Assembly (NCBI GenBank): GCA_902625215.1
Contig: CACOAO010000009.1
Span: forward strand, 4,051-68,050
DNA: 64,000 nt
Direction: 5' to 3'
Source of the DNA: an uncultured SAR116 cluster alpha proteobacterium
GTDB taxonomy: Bacteria; Pseudomonadota; Alphaproteobacteria; Puniceispirillales; Marisalimonadaceae
Shown here: positions 21,893 through 31,229 of the stretch, in pieces
How the letters are laid out: each line of letters begins with the position of its first letter
How positions within the stretch are numbered: the stretch's first letter is position 1
The notes under the pieces: generated by a model
The model's database searches: none
The model's input: the letters and a program-made list of their open reading frames with translations, nothing else
Told to the model about the DNA's origin: nothing
Program-made: the position numbers and the translations under genes

Positions 21893-22728
21893 TCAAAAAA
21901 TTTCTTTATAAAAGTTGCCTTTACACTAACATTTTCTTCATTGTGATTTATTTGTGATTCAACTAATTTATTTAAATTTATTTCTGAGTTTGGTGGAATA
22001 ATTTTTTCTTCTAAAATTAAAATTTTTTCAAGTATAATCTTTCTATCTTCCCTTATTACTAAAATCTTAATTCTAGGTGTTAATATTGGTCTGTTAGAAT
22101 TATTTTTAATAATACCAGTAAATCTTACTTTTTGGTTTTGGAAAGTTGCAGCAAAATTTTTTAGAACTAAGTATTTAGTTTCTGATAAAACTGGTAGATC
22201 AATTTTGGATAATAATTCATTAATTTTTTTTGAATAATTTATTGAATAATTAGGAAAATATAAATAGCTATAACTAACCAAGAGAGAACGAAAAAAAATT
22301 CCAAGAGATAAAAGCGAAACTAAAAAAATAGTAAGCAATGGAAATATATTTAGCTTTTTAGAGCTCTTTTTATCACTTCTATTTTCTAAATTTTTATTTT
22401 TATCGCTTTTAGTTTCATTGAGTTTTGATAATGATAATTCTGAAGCAATTTCAGCAACACTTTTATTTTTTTGATCTAAAGCAATATTGGTCTTATTCGC
22501 TAATATTTTCGATTTATCTTCTACAACTGATTTTATAGAAGCTAATTCATTTTTAACTCTATCAAACTCATTAAGCCCAGTTTGTGTTTGTTCTGAATTT
22601 TCAGTCAATGTTGAAGTTAAGTCCCATCTGTTGTTACAAACTCCACATTTAAACCATTTAACATTTTCTGTTAGAAATTTATCATCAACTTCAAATGTAG
22701 TTCCACAAGATTTACATTTTTCAATCAT
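21889..22728 (-). CDS. MJ0042-type zinc-ribbon, single-TM protein (ZitP-like)
   Basis: C5/C8/C28/C31 zinc finger with W35, a central TM helix, and a beta-rich C-terminus (GIIKNNS..P); next to lysA. Confidence 0.72.
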   Translation of the reverse strand: MIEKCKSCGTTFEVDDKFLTENVKWFKCGVCNNRWDLTSTLTENSEQTQTGLNEFDRVKNELASIKSVVEDKSKILANKTNIALDQKNKSVAEIASELSLSKLNETKSDKNKNLENRSDKKSSKKLNIFPLLTIFLVSLLSLGIFFRSLLVSYSYLYFPNYSINYSKKINELLSKIDLPVLSETKYLVLKNFAATFQNQKVRFTGIIKNNSNRPILTPRIKILVIREDRKIILEKILILEEKIIPPNSEINLNKLVESQINHNEENVSVKATFIKKFFD

Positions 22729-22825
22729 ATAAAGATTCCTTGTGAAATTATCAAAATAATCATTTATAATATACTAACATGGCTTTTTTTGCCAACATGT
22801 TTAGATCAAATTAAGATGAATTATA

Positions 22826-23452
22826 ATGTTGCGTAGAATTTTTAAAATTTTTTTAATTTTTTTTCTATCTTCAATTTTAACATTTTTTTTAATAGAATTA
22901 TTTAATTTTAAGGAAAATATCTTATCTTTCAAAAAGTATAACAATAAGAAAAGTTCAAATATCGTCATATTAACAGGTGCTGCTAATAGAATAAAAGATG
23001 GTTTAAAAATTATAGATGGTTTTGAAAAATTAAAAATAATTAATTATAAAATTCTTGTCAGTGGAACTGGAAAAGGTTTCTCTAAAAATAGTTTAATTAA
23101 GCAAATAAGTCCTGATTTTAATCCCGTATTGATAGAATGCTGTATTTACCTAGATAGTGTGTCTAAAAACACGTTCACAAATGCCATCGAAACATCTAAA
23201 TGGGCTAAGAGGAATGGTGTAAAGGAGTTTATATTAATTACAAGCAATTATCATATGCCAAGAGCAATATTAGAATTTAAGAATGTCATGCCAGATTATA
23301 AAATATATACTTTTCCTATTACACCAAGAAAACACAACATAGAAAATTGGATGAGATCGCCTGAAACTTTCAGTTTGGTTTTCAAAGAATTTTGCAAATA
23401 TGTTATATCAAATCTTAGAATAAAGATTTCAAATATTCAAATTACTTATTAA
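22826..23452 (+). CDS. YdcF/DUF218 (ElyC/SanA-like) family protein
   Basis: IVILTG, SKNTFTNA and LITSNYHMPRA; N-terminal TM. Confidence 0.88.
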   Translation: MLRRIFKIFLIFFLSSILTFFLIELFNFKENILSFKKYNNKKSSNIVILTGAANRIKDGLKIIDGFEKLKIINYKILVSGTGKGFSKNSLIKQISPDFNPVLIECCIYLDSVSKNTFTNAIETSKWAKRNGVKEFILITSNYHMPRAILEFKNVMPDYKIYTFPITPRKHNIENWMRSPETFSLVFKEFCKYVISNLRIKISNIQITY

Positions 23453-24333
23453 TCTTGGCCTGCTTCAATTATTTTTCTTCTTATTGATCTTGTTCGTGAA
23501 AAAAAAGAATATAGTTTATCACCATCTTTTTTTCTAATTGACTTTTGAAGATCTGATAAATCTTCGTTAAATCTTTGTAACATCTCTAAAACAGCCTCTG
23601 AATTATTTAGAAAAACATCCCTCCACATAATTGGATCTGATGCCGCAATTCTGGTAAAATCCCTGAACCCTGAAGCAGAAAATTTAATAACATCATTCTT
23701 TAAATCTGCTTCGAGATCAGAGGCTGTTCCAACAATAGTATATGCAATTAAATGAGGTAAATGAGAAGTTATAGCAATAATTTTATCATGGTATTCTGCA
23801 CTTACAGTTTCAACGGTAGAACCTAAATTTACAAAAAAATTAGCAAGTCTTTTTGTTTGATCTGTTTGCTTATTACTTATTATCAACCAATATCTATTTT
23901 CAAATAATGAACTAAAACCTGATTTAGGCCCAGAATATTCGGTACCAGCAAGAGGATGTGACGGTATAAAAAAAACATTTTTAGGTATGTAAGGACTAAC
24001 ATCATTGATGACAGAGTTTTTTGTGGAACCAGTGTCAGTAATCACGGCTCCTTTTTTTAGTGATGTAGAAATTAAACTTGCAACAGTTTTCATAGAACCT
24101 ACTGGAATAGAGAGTATTACTAAGTCAGCTTCCTTAATTGCATCATGAATATTATCACATACAAAAGTCGCTATTTCCATTTCTAATACAGTAGTTCTAT
24201 GTTTAGGGTTAATATCATAGGCATAAGTTACTATATCTTCATGTTCACTTTTTTTTGCTATTATAGCACGTAGTATTGAAGTTCCAATCAAACCCAGACC
24301 AATTATAGAAATTTTTTTAAAATTTTGATTCAT
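23449..24333 (-). CDS. tyrC: Prephenate/arogenate (cyclohexadienyl) dehydrogenase
   Basis: GLGLIGTS, TDTGSTK, HPLAGTE, HD...TSHLPH and GFRDFTRIAASDP. Confidence 0.92.
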   Translation of the reverse strand: MNQNFKKISIIGLGLIGTSILRAIIAKKSEHEDIVTYAYDINPKHRTTVLEMEIATFVCDNIHDAIKEADLVILSIPVGSMKTVASLISTSLKKGAVITDTGSTKNSVINDVSPYIPKNVFFIPSHPLAGTEYSGPKSGFSSLFENRYWLIISNKQTDQTKRLANFFVNLGSTVETVSAEYHDKIIAITSHLPHLIAYTIVGTASDLEADLKNDVIKFSASGFRDFTRIAASDPIMWRDVFLNNSEAVLEMLQRFNEDLSDLQKSIRKKDGDKLYSFFSRTRSIRRKIIEAGQD

Positions 24334-24335
24334 AA

Positions 24336-25424
24336 TTAATTTTCTAAAAAAATCTTTAATTCTTCTATGAACCTAAGGTTTTCTGTTTCATTGCCTATGG
24401 ATACTCTTAGGTGATCTGATAAACCATAAACTTTCATACCTCTAACTAATATTCCCTTTGAAGCCAAAAAATTTTCTGCATTTTGAGCATTATGCCTATT
24501 ATTATTTGGAAATTTAATAAGCAAAAAATTAGTAATAGATGGTTGAAAATCTAGATTTAATAATTGTAATTCTGTTTTCAACCAAGACATCCATTTGAGA
24601 TTATGTTCAATAGATTTATTTTGAAATTCTAAATCTTCTATTGCAGCGATACCTGCCATAATTGCTGCAGAATTAATACTAAATGGGCCACGAACTTTCA
24701 TAAGATTTTCTATTATTTTTTTAGAAGCATAACCCCACCCTAATCTTAAGGATGCTAATCCATGTAATTTTGAGAATGTTCTTAACATTATCACATTTTC
24801 ATTGGTGTCTACCAATTCACTACCATCAAAATAATCATTATTAACAACATATTCAGAATAAGCAGCATCATAAACAAATAAGATATTTGAGGGTATTGAC
24901 GAATGTAATCTCATTACTTCTGTCTTTGGCAAGAATGTACCAGTGGGGTTATTCGGATTTGCTAGAAAAATTATTTTAGTATTTTTATTAACCTTTGATA
25001 AAATGTTATCAACATTAGCTGTGTAGTTTGTGTCATTTGCAACCACACCTTTTGCTCCTGCTATGCAAATAGCTTGAGGGAATTGAAGAAATCCAAATTC
25101 TGTGTAAATTGCTTCATCATTCGAATTCAAAAAAGTTTGAGCAAGAATCGATATCAATTCATCTGATCCATTACCTAGAATTATTTTTTTCTTTTCAAGT
25201 GAATATCTTTTAGATATCGCACTTGTAAGCTCATCACTTACCTGTGGTGGATATCTATTAAGATCACCAGAAAAAATTTTAAGAGCCTCAACGGCATTCA
25301 AAGATGCACCCAATGCACTCTCATTTGCTGATAATCTAATTAGATTATGTATTTTACTTTTGCCAAAATTTGGTTTGTAAGTTTGTAATCTTTGGATATT
25401 TGGTCTTGGAGAAGGTAAATCCAT
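24336..25424 (-). CDS. hisC: Histidinol-phosphate aminotransferase
   Basis: LSANES, GNGSDELI, ANPNNPTG, DAAY and RTFSKLHGLASLRLGW. Confidence 0.93.
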   Translation of the reverse strand: MDLPSPRPNIQRLQTYKPNFGKSKIHNLIRLSANESALGASLNAVEALKIFSGDLNRYPPQVSDELTSAISKRYSLEKKKIILGNGSDELISILAQTFLNSNDEAIYTEFGFLQFPQAICIAGAKGVVANDTNYTANVDNILSKVNKNTKIIFLANPNNPTGTFLPKTEVMRLHSSIPSNILFVYDAAYSEYVVNNDYFDGSELVDTNENVIMLRTFSKLHGLASLRLGWGYASKKIIENLMKVRGPFSINSAAIMAGIAAIEDLEFQNKSIEHNLKWMSWLKTELQLLNLDFQPSITNFLLIKFPNNNRHNAQNAENFLASKGILVRGMKVYGLSDHLRVSIGNETENLRFIEELKIFLEN

Positions 25425-25432
25425 AATGCAAC

Positions 25433-25966
25433 CTATATTTTTTCTTTTTTTAATTTTACAATACTGTAATCATTTTGATTAATGTTTTTATAGAGGGGTA
25501 CATTTGCAATAATATCAAAATTAACTTTTATTTCTGTTTGTTTTTTTAATTTGTTAATGCTTTCACTGTCAATAAAACCAAGTTCTATGTCCTTTTTTTC
25601 TAGTGAAGCAAGCAAACTTACAACACTAGAAAAATAAGTGGTTTTAAAATAGTTTCCAAAATGGGATAAATATGCTGACCTAATTTCATCATTATTGCCA
25701 GCTACACCTATTTTAATAATTTTCTGCATAGATAAATTTGACGAAATAATTTGACGCCATACTTTTTCAACTAAAAATTTGTCTAAACCAAAATTTACTA
25801 ATTTTTTTATTAAATCTTCTTCTCTTTTAGGATCAAAAGGAAAGTCTCCCTTCTTTGCATCCATAATCTTAGACGCCAAAGATTGTCTTTCCATTATTAA
25901 TTGACACAAGTTTTTATCAATTTCATCAATTTTAACTCTAAGTTTGTCTAATTCATTATTTTTCAT
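25433..25966 (-). CDS. Chorismate mutase (AroQ type) with short C-terminal domain
   Basis: LDKLRVKIDEID...ER...K...DPKRE and VWRQIIS; first gene of the CM-hisC-tyrC unit. Confidence 0.82.
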   Translation of the reverse strand: MKNNELDKLRVKIDEIDKNLCQLIMERQSLASKIMDAKKGDFPFDPKREEDLIKKLVNFGLDKFLVEKVWRQIISSNLSMQKIIKIGVAGNNDEIRSAYLSHFGNYFKTTYFSSVVSLLASLEKKDIELGFIDSESINKLKKQTEIKVNFDIIANVPLYKNINQNDYSIVKLKKEKI

Positions 25967-26097
25967 ATTTTACCTTTGACTATACATACATATATATACT
26001 TAAATTAAATAAAATAAACTTTTTGATACTAATAATTTATATAATACGATAAATTTTATGAATTGATTAAGAATTTTATAATTTTCAAAGGATTAAA

Positions 26098-26862
26098 ATG
26101 CTAAAGATCTTCATAATAAATGCTTTATCTGATAATTATATTTATTTATTAAGAAATGAACAAAAAAATTTAACAAGTGTGATAGATCCAGGAGAAGCAG
26201 AACCGGTAATAAAATTTTTAAATGATGAGAATTGGCATTTAGATGAAATAATTAATACACACCATCACAATGATCATATTGGGGGTAACGATAAGCTTTT
26301 AAGTGTTTACAAGTCAAAGTTAATTGCTCCCTCATATGAAAAAAATCGTATATCTAATGTTGATATCTTTGTTTCCGACAACGAAAATGTAAATATTGCT
26401 GGTGTTTCTACAAATGTAATTCATACACCAGGACATACTTTAGGACATGTTTGCTTTTATATGCCAAAAGAAAAATGTTTATTTTCAGGTGATACTTTAT
26501 TTTATTTGGGTTGTGGAAGAGTTTTTGAAGGTACAATAGGTCAAATGTGGTTGAGCTTAGTAAAACTTAGATCTTTGCCAGACGAAACAACAGTGTATTG
26601 TGGTCATGAATATACGTTATCTAATATGAAATTTGCTAATTATATTGAGTCTAACAATCCTTTATTAAATAAAGTTAGCTTGGATATTAAAAATAAAAGA
26701 GAAAAAGGATTACCAACTATACCTTTTAATTTAGGAATAGAAAAAAAGATAAATCCATTCCTTAGAGCAGACGATGATGATTTTATACAATCAGTTGGTT
26801 TACGTACTAACAATGCTTCTGAATCATTTGGAAAAATTAGGCTCAAAAAAGATAATTTTTAA
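26098..26862 (+). CDS. gloB: Hydroxyacylglutathione hydrolase (glyoxalase II)
   Basis: THHHNDHIGG, PGHTLGH, GDTLF.LGCGR, CGHEYT and NPFLR. Confidence 0.95.
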   Translation: MLKIFIINALSDNYIYLLRNEQKNLTSVIDPGEAEPVIKFLNDENWHLDEIINTHHHNDHIGGNDKLLSVYKSKLIAPSYEKNRISNVDIFVSDNENVNIAGVSTNVIHTPGHTLGHVCFYMPKEKCLFSGDTLFYLGCGRVFEGTIGQMWLSLVKLRSLPDETTVYCGHEYTLSNMKFANYIESNNPLLNKVSLDIKNKREKGLPTIPFNLGIEKKINPFLRADDDDFIQSVGLRTNNASESFGKIRLKKDNF

Positions 26863-27215
26863 ATATTTGACAACTCGTAAGCAACTTCACAATCATTAAA
26901 AATATCAGGTTTAGAGATGTTCACTTTTGCACCAAGAACATAACTATTAATCATCAATGTTGAATGTATCTTTTCTACAAGCACTTCAAGTAACTGAAAA
27001 TGTTGACTTTGTATAATGTCTATTAAACATTTTCTAAATTGACTATAATCTTGAGTTGCTTCTAAATTGTCTTGCTTTGGTTCAGAATCATTTGAAAGTA
27101 ATAACTCTACATTTACTATTATTTTTTGTTTATTTTGTTTTTCATTCTCATAAACACCTACAGATGCTTGTATTATTAAATTATTTATGAGTATTTTTCT
27201 ATTTCTAATCTTCAT
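26859..27215 (-). CDS. folB: Dihydroneopterin aldolase (FolB family)
   Basis: GVYENEK...Q, DY, LLEVL and SKPDIF. Start moved to ATG 27215 (SD AAGGA) to avoid a long overlap with the SDR gene. Confidence 0.85.
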   Translation of the reverse strand: MKIRNRKILINNLIIQASVGVYENEKQNKQKIIVNVELLLSNDSEPKQDNLEATQDYSQFRKCLIDIIQSQHFQLLEVLVEKIHSTLMINSYVLGAKVNISKPDIFNDCEVAYELSNI

Positions 27216-27228
27216 ACTTATATCCTTA

Positions 27229-28002
27229 TTATAATCCAACATCTCTTCTTGGAGGAGCAAGATGCGCTCCACCATCAAGTAACGTTACATGGCCAGTCAT
27301 AGATTTAGAATTTATAATCAGTTGAATTGTATTTAAAATTTCTTCAACTGTAGAAGATGACTTTAACAAGTTTTTTTTGTGCGATTTTTCAAATGCTTTT
27401 TGATCTTGTCCAGGTGCCAGCAAAGTTATTCCAGGTGCTATACCATTTACTCTTAAACAAGAAGAGTAGGTAAGAGCTGACATTTTTGTAAGACCATACA
27501 TAGCCTGTTTTGATAATGTGTATGTATAGTAGTCTGGATTTAATCCAAAAATTTTTGCATCAAGTATATTTATAACAAAGCCTTGAGAATTATTTTTTTG
27601 TTTTTTTATCTTCATAGTGTAATTAGCTAATGCTTTAGTTAAAAGCGAAGGAGCAATAAAATTTACTGACATATGACGGTTAAGCTCTTCTACGCTAAAA
27701 TTTGTTCCATTATCATAATTAAAATAACCAGCATTATTTATTAACCCAACCCATGTTGAATTTAGAGCTTCAACTTCATTGACTAATTTTTCAATTTCTG
27801 AGTTACAAGTTAGATCAGCTTGATGTGTGCTTACCTGTCCACCAAGTTTAAATAAATAATTAGCAGTTTCTTCGGCAGATATTTTCGACTTATTATAATG
27901 GATAGCTACTTTCCAACCCTTTTTTATTAAGTCAGTGGCCATAAATTTTCCCAATCTTTTTGCTGAAGCTGTGACAAGTATTGTTTTATTTTTAATTTCC
28001 AA
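27229..28002 (-). CDS. SDR oxidoreductase, pteridine reductase/FolM-like
   Basis: VTASAKRLG (PTR1-like TGAAKRLG), LINNAG, YTLSK (YxxxK) and RVNGIAPG; adjacent to folB. Confidence 0.78.
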   Translation of the reverse strand: MEIKNKTILVTASAKRLGKFMATDLIKKGWKVAIHYNKSKISAEETANYLFKLGGQVSTHQADLTCNSEIEKLVNEVEALNSTWVGLINNAGYFNYDNGTNFSVEELNRHMSVNFIAPSLLTKALANYTMKIKKQKNNSQGFVINILDAKIFGLNPDYYTYTLSKQAMYGLTKMSALTYSSCLRVNGIAPGITLLAPGQDQKAFEKSHKKNLLKSSSTVEEILNTIQLIINSKSMTGHVTLLDGGAHLAPPRRDVGL

Positions 28003-28004
28003 AT

Positions 28005-28802
28005 TTATTTTTCCTTTTCTAGAACTTGATATGAAGTATCTCTTATTAATTTTAAATATCCGTTGAAAGACCTATCTTGCAATGATTTTCTAAGTCCTAA
28101 TTGTTGCCAAGATTTATTATTTATACTTTTAGGAGGAGTAAATTTTTTTATTACCCTTAAAGGTGCCATCCCTGTTACCAGAACCTCATCACTCAACAAA
28201 GCTGCTTCTTCGATAGAGTGTGTGACCATTAAAACAGTAAGAGAACTTTTTTTAATAATTGAAACAAGCTCAGTTGATATAATTTCTCTACTTAGGTTGT
28301 CTAAAGCCGCGAATGGTTCATCCAATAATAACAAACTTGGATAAAAGAGTAATGCCCTTGCGATTGCAACCCTTTGTAATAATCCTCCTGACAATTTATG
28401 AGGAAAGTACGAAGAAAATTCTTCTAAACCTATGTCTTTTATTAGTTTATCTATATTTTTATAGTTTATTTTTTTGTTATTCAATTTGGCTAATGTAATA
28501 TTGTCATAAACATTTAACCAGGGCATTAATGAAGGATTTTGTTGAATTAATGTTATCTGATTAATTACATTATTTAGTGTCTGATTTTCAAATTTTATTT
28601 CTCCTCTTTCAGGTTCAACTAACCCAGCTATTAACTTTAACAAGCTTGTTTTCCCTGTACCTGAGGGACCAATAATACTTGTAAATTTACCTTTTTTTAT
28701 TTTACAGTTAAAATTATTCAAAATAATTTTTTTATTATCATTTTCACAATATGCAAAACATATGTCCTTTAATATTAAATCATTTATTTGACTTTTATTC
28801 AT
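28005..28802 (-). CDS. ABC transporter ATP-binding protein, NitT/TauT family
   Basis: GPSGTGKT, LMPWLNVYDNI, LSGG.LQRVAIARAL, LLDEPFAALD and VTHSIEEA. Confidence 0.88.
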   Translation of the reverse strand: MNKSQINDLILKDICFAYCENDNKKIILNNFNCKIKKGKFTSIIGPSGTGKTSLLKLIAGLVEPERGEIKFENQTLNNVINQITLIQQNPSLMPWLNVYDNITLAKLNNKKINYKNIDKLIKDIGLEEFSSYFPHKLSGGLLQRVAIARALLFYPSLLLLDEPFAALDNLSREIISTELVSIIKKSSLTVLMVTHSIEEAALLSDEVLVTGMAPLRVIKKFTPPKSINNKSWQQLGLRKSLQDRSFNGYLKLIRDTSYQVLEKEK

Positions 28803-28805
28803 ATC

Positions 28806-29801
28806 TTATGGACTTTCAACAATATAATCTGGAGAAATATTAGTTTTTCTAATTACACTTCCTACATTTGTGTTTTTTAATAAACCATGTTTTGTCATTA
28901 AAATAGATTTCAACCCAAAACTATTGGCACCCAAAATATCTGTATGTAGAGTATCTCCAACCATGGCTATCCTAGACAACGGAATATGTCTTCCTGACAG
29001 TTCATTTAATCTATTTATAGCCAGCTCAAAAATTGTTGGGAAAGGTTTTCCTAACCAAAAAGGTAGATGAATACCATTTTTTATTAAATGTGATACATAA
29101 TATGCAGGCTCCATACTAAAATTTTTTTCATGTGGAGCTACCAAATCTGGGTTTGCTACAAATAAAGGTCTTGGATTTACTTTTAAAGAATTGAACAATA
29201 TTTCTTGCCATACAGTGTCCCATTGAAGTGTTCCAAGTAATATAAATGAATTCATTTCGTTGAACATATCAAGGTCTTGTTCAAGTTCAAAACAACTAAG
29301 ATTGGGTACATTGAAATTTTTACCAAGATTACCTAAAACACCCAAAGGACCTTCAGGTTTATTAAATGACAAAAATATTTCAGCTGTTTCTCTGCTTGAA
29401 ATTATTTCATCATTAGAAAATTCTAGTCCTAATGATGCAAGTTGATCTCTTTTTTTAAATGAATTATTACTTGCACCATTTGTTACAACAAGTAGAGTAA
29501 TATTTTTTTGTCTTGCTTTTTCAAGTGTTTTAATAATGCCAGGAATCAAGGAAGAGCCGACATTTAAAACGCCAAACGCATCTAATAATAAAGCATCAAA
29601 ATTATCTAAAATTTTTTCTAATCTAGGGGCTACAATTATGTCATGGTTATTTTCTTGATATTTTGGAAAAAAATCTCGCATGTTTTCATAAATATTTATG
29701 ACTGAATCTGCATTCATATTTTTGACTGGTGGAATTATAAAATTTTGATCAAATTGAAACTTTTCTAATACAAATTCAGATTTTATATTAAAATTTTCCA
29801 T
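28806..29801 (-). CDS. HAD-IIA family hydrolase (phosphatase-like)
   Basis: LLLDAFGVL (motif I), VVTN, ANPD, GKP and MVGDTLHTDILGA. Confidence 0.85.
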   Translation of the reverse strand: MENFNIKSEFVLEKFQFDQNFIIPPVKNMNADSVINIYENMRDFFPKYQENNHDIIVAPRLEKILDNFDALLLDAFGVLNVGSSLIPGIIKTLEKARQKNITLLVVTNGASNNSFKKRDQLASLGLEFSNDEIISSRETAEIFLSFNKPEGPLGVLGNLGKNFNVPNLSCFELEQDLDMFNEMNSFILLGTLQWDTVWQEILFNSLKVNPRPLFVANPDLVAPHEKNFSMEPAYYVSHLIKNGIHLPFWLGKPFPTIFELAINRLNELSGRHIPLSRIAMVGDTLHTDILGANSFGLKSILMTKHGLLKNTNVGSVIRKTNISPDYIVESP

Positions 29802-29848
29802 ATTTACTTTAAATCCTTTAAATTATAACTATTTCTGAAAGGATGCAA

Positions 29849-30778
29849 ATGTCAAAAAAAGTAATAATAATTGGTTCAGGCATAGCAGGAATTTCTTCAT
29901 CATTAAAGTTAAAATCTTATGGTATAAATTCAATTATTGTAGATAAAGGAAATTTTATTGGTGGAAGAATAAGCACTAAACAAGTAAATGATGAGACTAG
30001 TTCTTATTTTTTTCACGGTGCTCAGTTTTTTAATGCCAAAACACATACTTTTAAAGAAATAATTCAAACAGGAATTAGAAAGAAATATATAAAAGAGTTT
30101 GGAAATTTTAACCCTAAAAGATTTAGGGGTAATAAAACAATGAGAGATTTTTTGCTAAATTTATCAAAAGAATTACACATCCAACAAAAAGTAAAAATTA
30201 CTGAAATTAAGCCTGATGACAATAGAATTAACGTTCTTGATAATAAAATAAAAAGATGGATAAGTTACGATGGGGTAATTTCAACACTTCCAGCACCTCA
30301 AAATTATGATTTATTAAACCAATTTCCTCCACTACAGAAAACTCTTAAAACAGGATCTTATCACGCATGTATAGCTCTAATGTTTACTTTTGATGAAATT
30401 CCATGTGATCTAAAAACTCATTATGATTTTTATAAAAAACCAGGAATATTGAGTTGGATGGCCTCTGGTAGTAACCTAAATGTCTGGACTGCTCATACTA
30501 ATGAAGAATTTTCAGATTTAAATTATGATAAAGATAAAGATTTTTTAAAAGAAAAAATAATGTCCTACATAAAACAATTTTTTTTTAGATCAAAAATAAG
30601 GTTTCATAGTTTACATATTTGGAAATATGCTAAGGTAGCAAATAAATGTTTTGGACCACAAATTGATCCTAAATATCCAGTTGCAATTGCAGGTGATTTT
30701 TTGGAAGGTCCAAATGTTGAAGCTGCATTTATTTCAGGGAATAAAGCAGCTGATTTAATTTTTAACAGACTAAAATAA
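29849..30778 (+). CDS. Renalase-like NAD/FAD-dependent oxidoreductase
   Basis: IIGSGIAG, DKG..IGGR, HGAQFF, PAPQ, WKYA and AGD...VEAAFISG. Start ATG 29849 follows SD AAGGA (alternative 29843). Confidence 0.78.
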   Translation: MSKKVIIIGSGIAGISSSLKLKSYGINSIIVDKGNFIGGRISTKQVNDETSSYFFHGAQFFNAKTHTFKEIIQTGIRKKYIKEFGNFNPKRFRGNKTMRDFLLNLSKELHIQQKVKITEIKPDDNRINVLDNKIKRWISYDGVISTLPAPQNYDLLNQFPPLQKTLKTGSYHACIALMFTFDEIPCDLKTHYDFYKKPGILSWMASGSNLNVWTAHTNEEFSDLNYDKDKDFLKEKIMSYIKQFFFRSKIRFHSLHIWKYAKVANKCFGPQIDPKYPVAIAGDFLEGPNVEAAFISGNKAADLIFNRLK

Positions 30779-30819
30779 ATTTGATTGCTTATTTTGTATA
30801 ATTTTAAAGAAAGAGTTAG

Positions 30820-31215
30820 ATGATTAAATTAAAAACCTCAGTCATGGAACTTGTAGAAAGTGCCAAAAAACAAATCAATAATTTAGAAGTGAGTACTGCT
30901 ATTAAAATGCACTCCAACAAGACTAATTTATTCATTGACGTTAGGGATATAAGAGAAATTCAAAAATCTGGACGCATATTTGGGGCAAAACATGTTCCAA
31001 GATGTATGTTAGAGTTTTGGATCGACCCTGAAAGTCCTTATCATAAACAGTTTTTTAATGATAATTATCATTTTATTTTTTATTGTGCATCTGATTGGCG
31101 CTCGGCACTTGCTACACTTTCAGCAAAAGAAATTGGGCTTTTAAATATCTCTCATCTAGTTGGAGGTTTCAACAGGTGGTTAGAAGAGAAAGGACCAATT
31201 GAAGAACCACGATAA
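30820..31215 (+). CDS. Single-domain rhodanese
   Basis: IDVRD, MLEFWIDPESPYH, active-site YCASDWRS and GGF. Confidence 0.88.
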   Translation: MIKLKTSVMELVESAKKQINNLEVSTAIKMHSNKTNLFIDVRDIREIQKSGRIFGAKHVPRCMLEFWIDPESPYHKQFFNDNYHFIFYCASDWRSALATLSAKEIGLLNISHLVGGFNRWLEEKGPIEEPR

Positions 31216-31229
31216 TTTATTGTAATAAT

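Noticed and set aside
27216-27278. N-terminal extension of FolB in the ORF track
   Set aside because: It overlaps the SDR gene by 50 nt; ATG 27215 has a good SD and gives a normal-length FolB.
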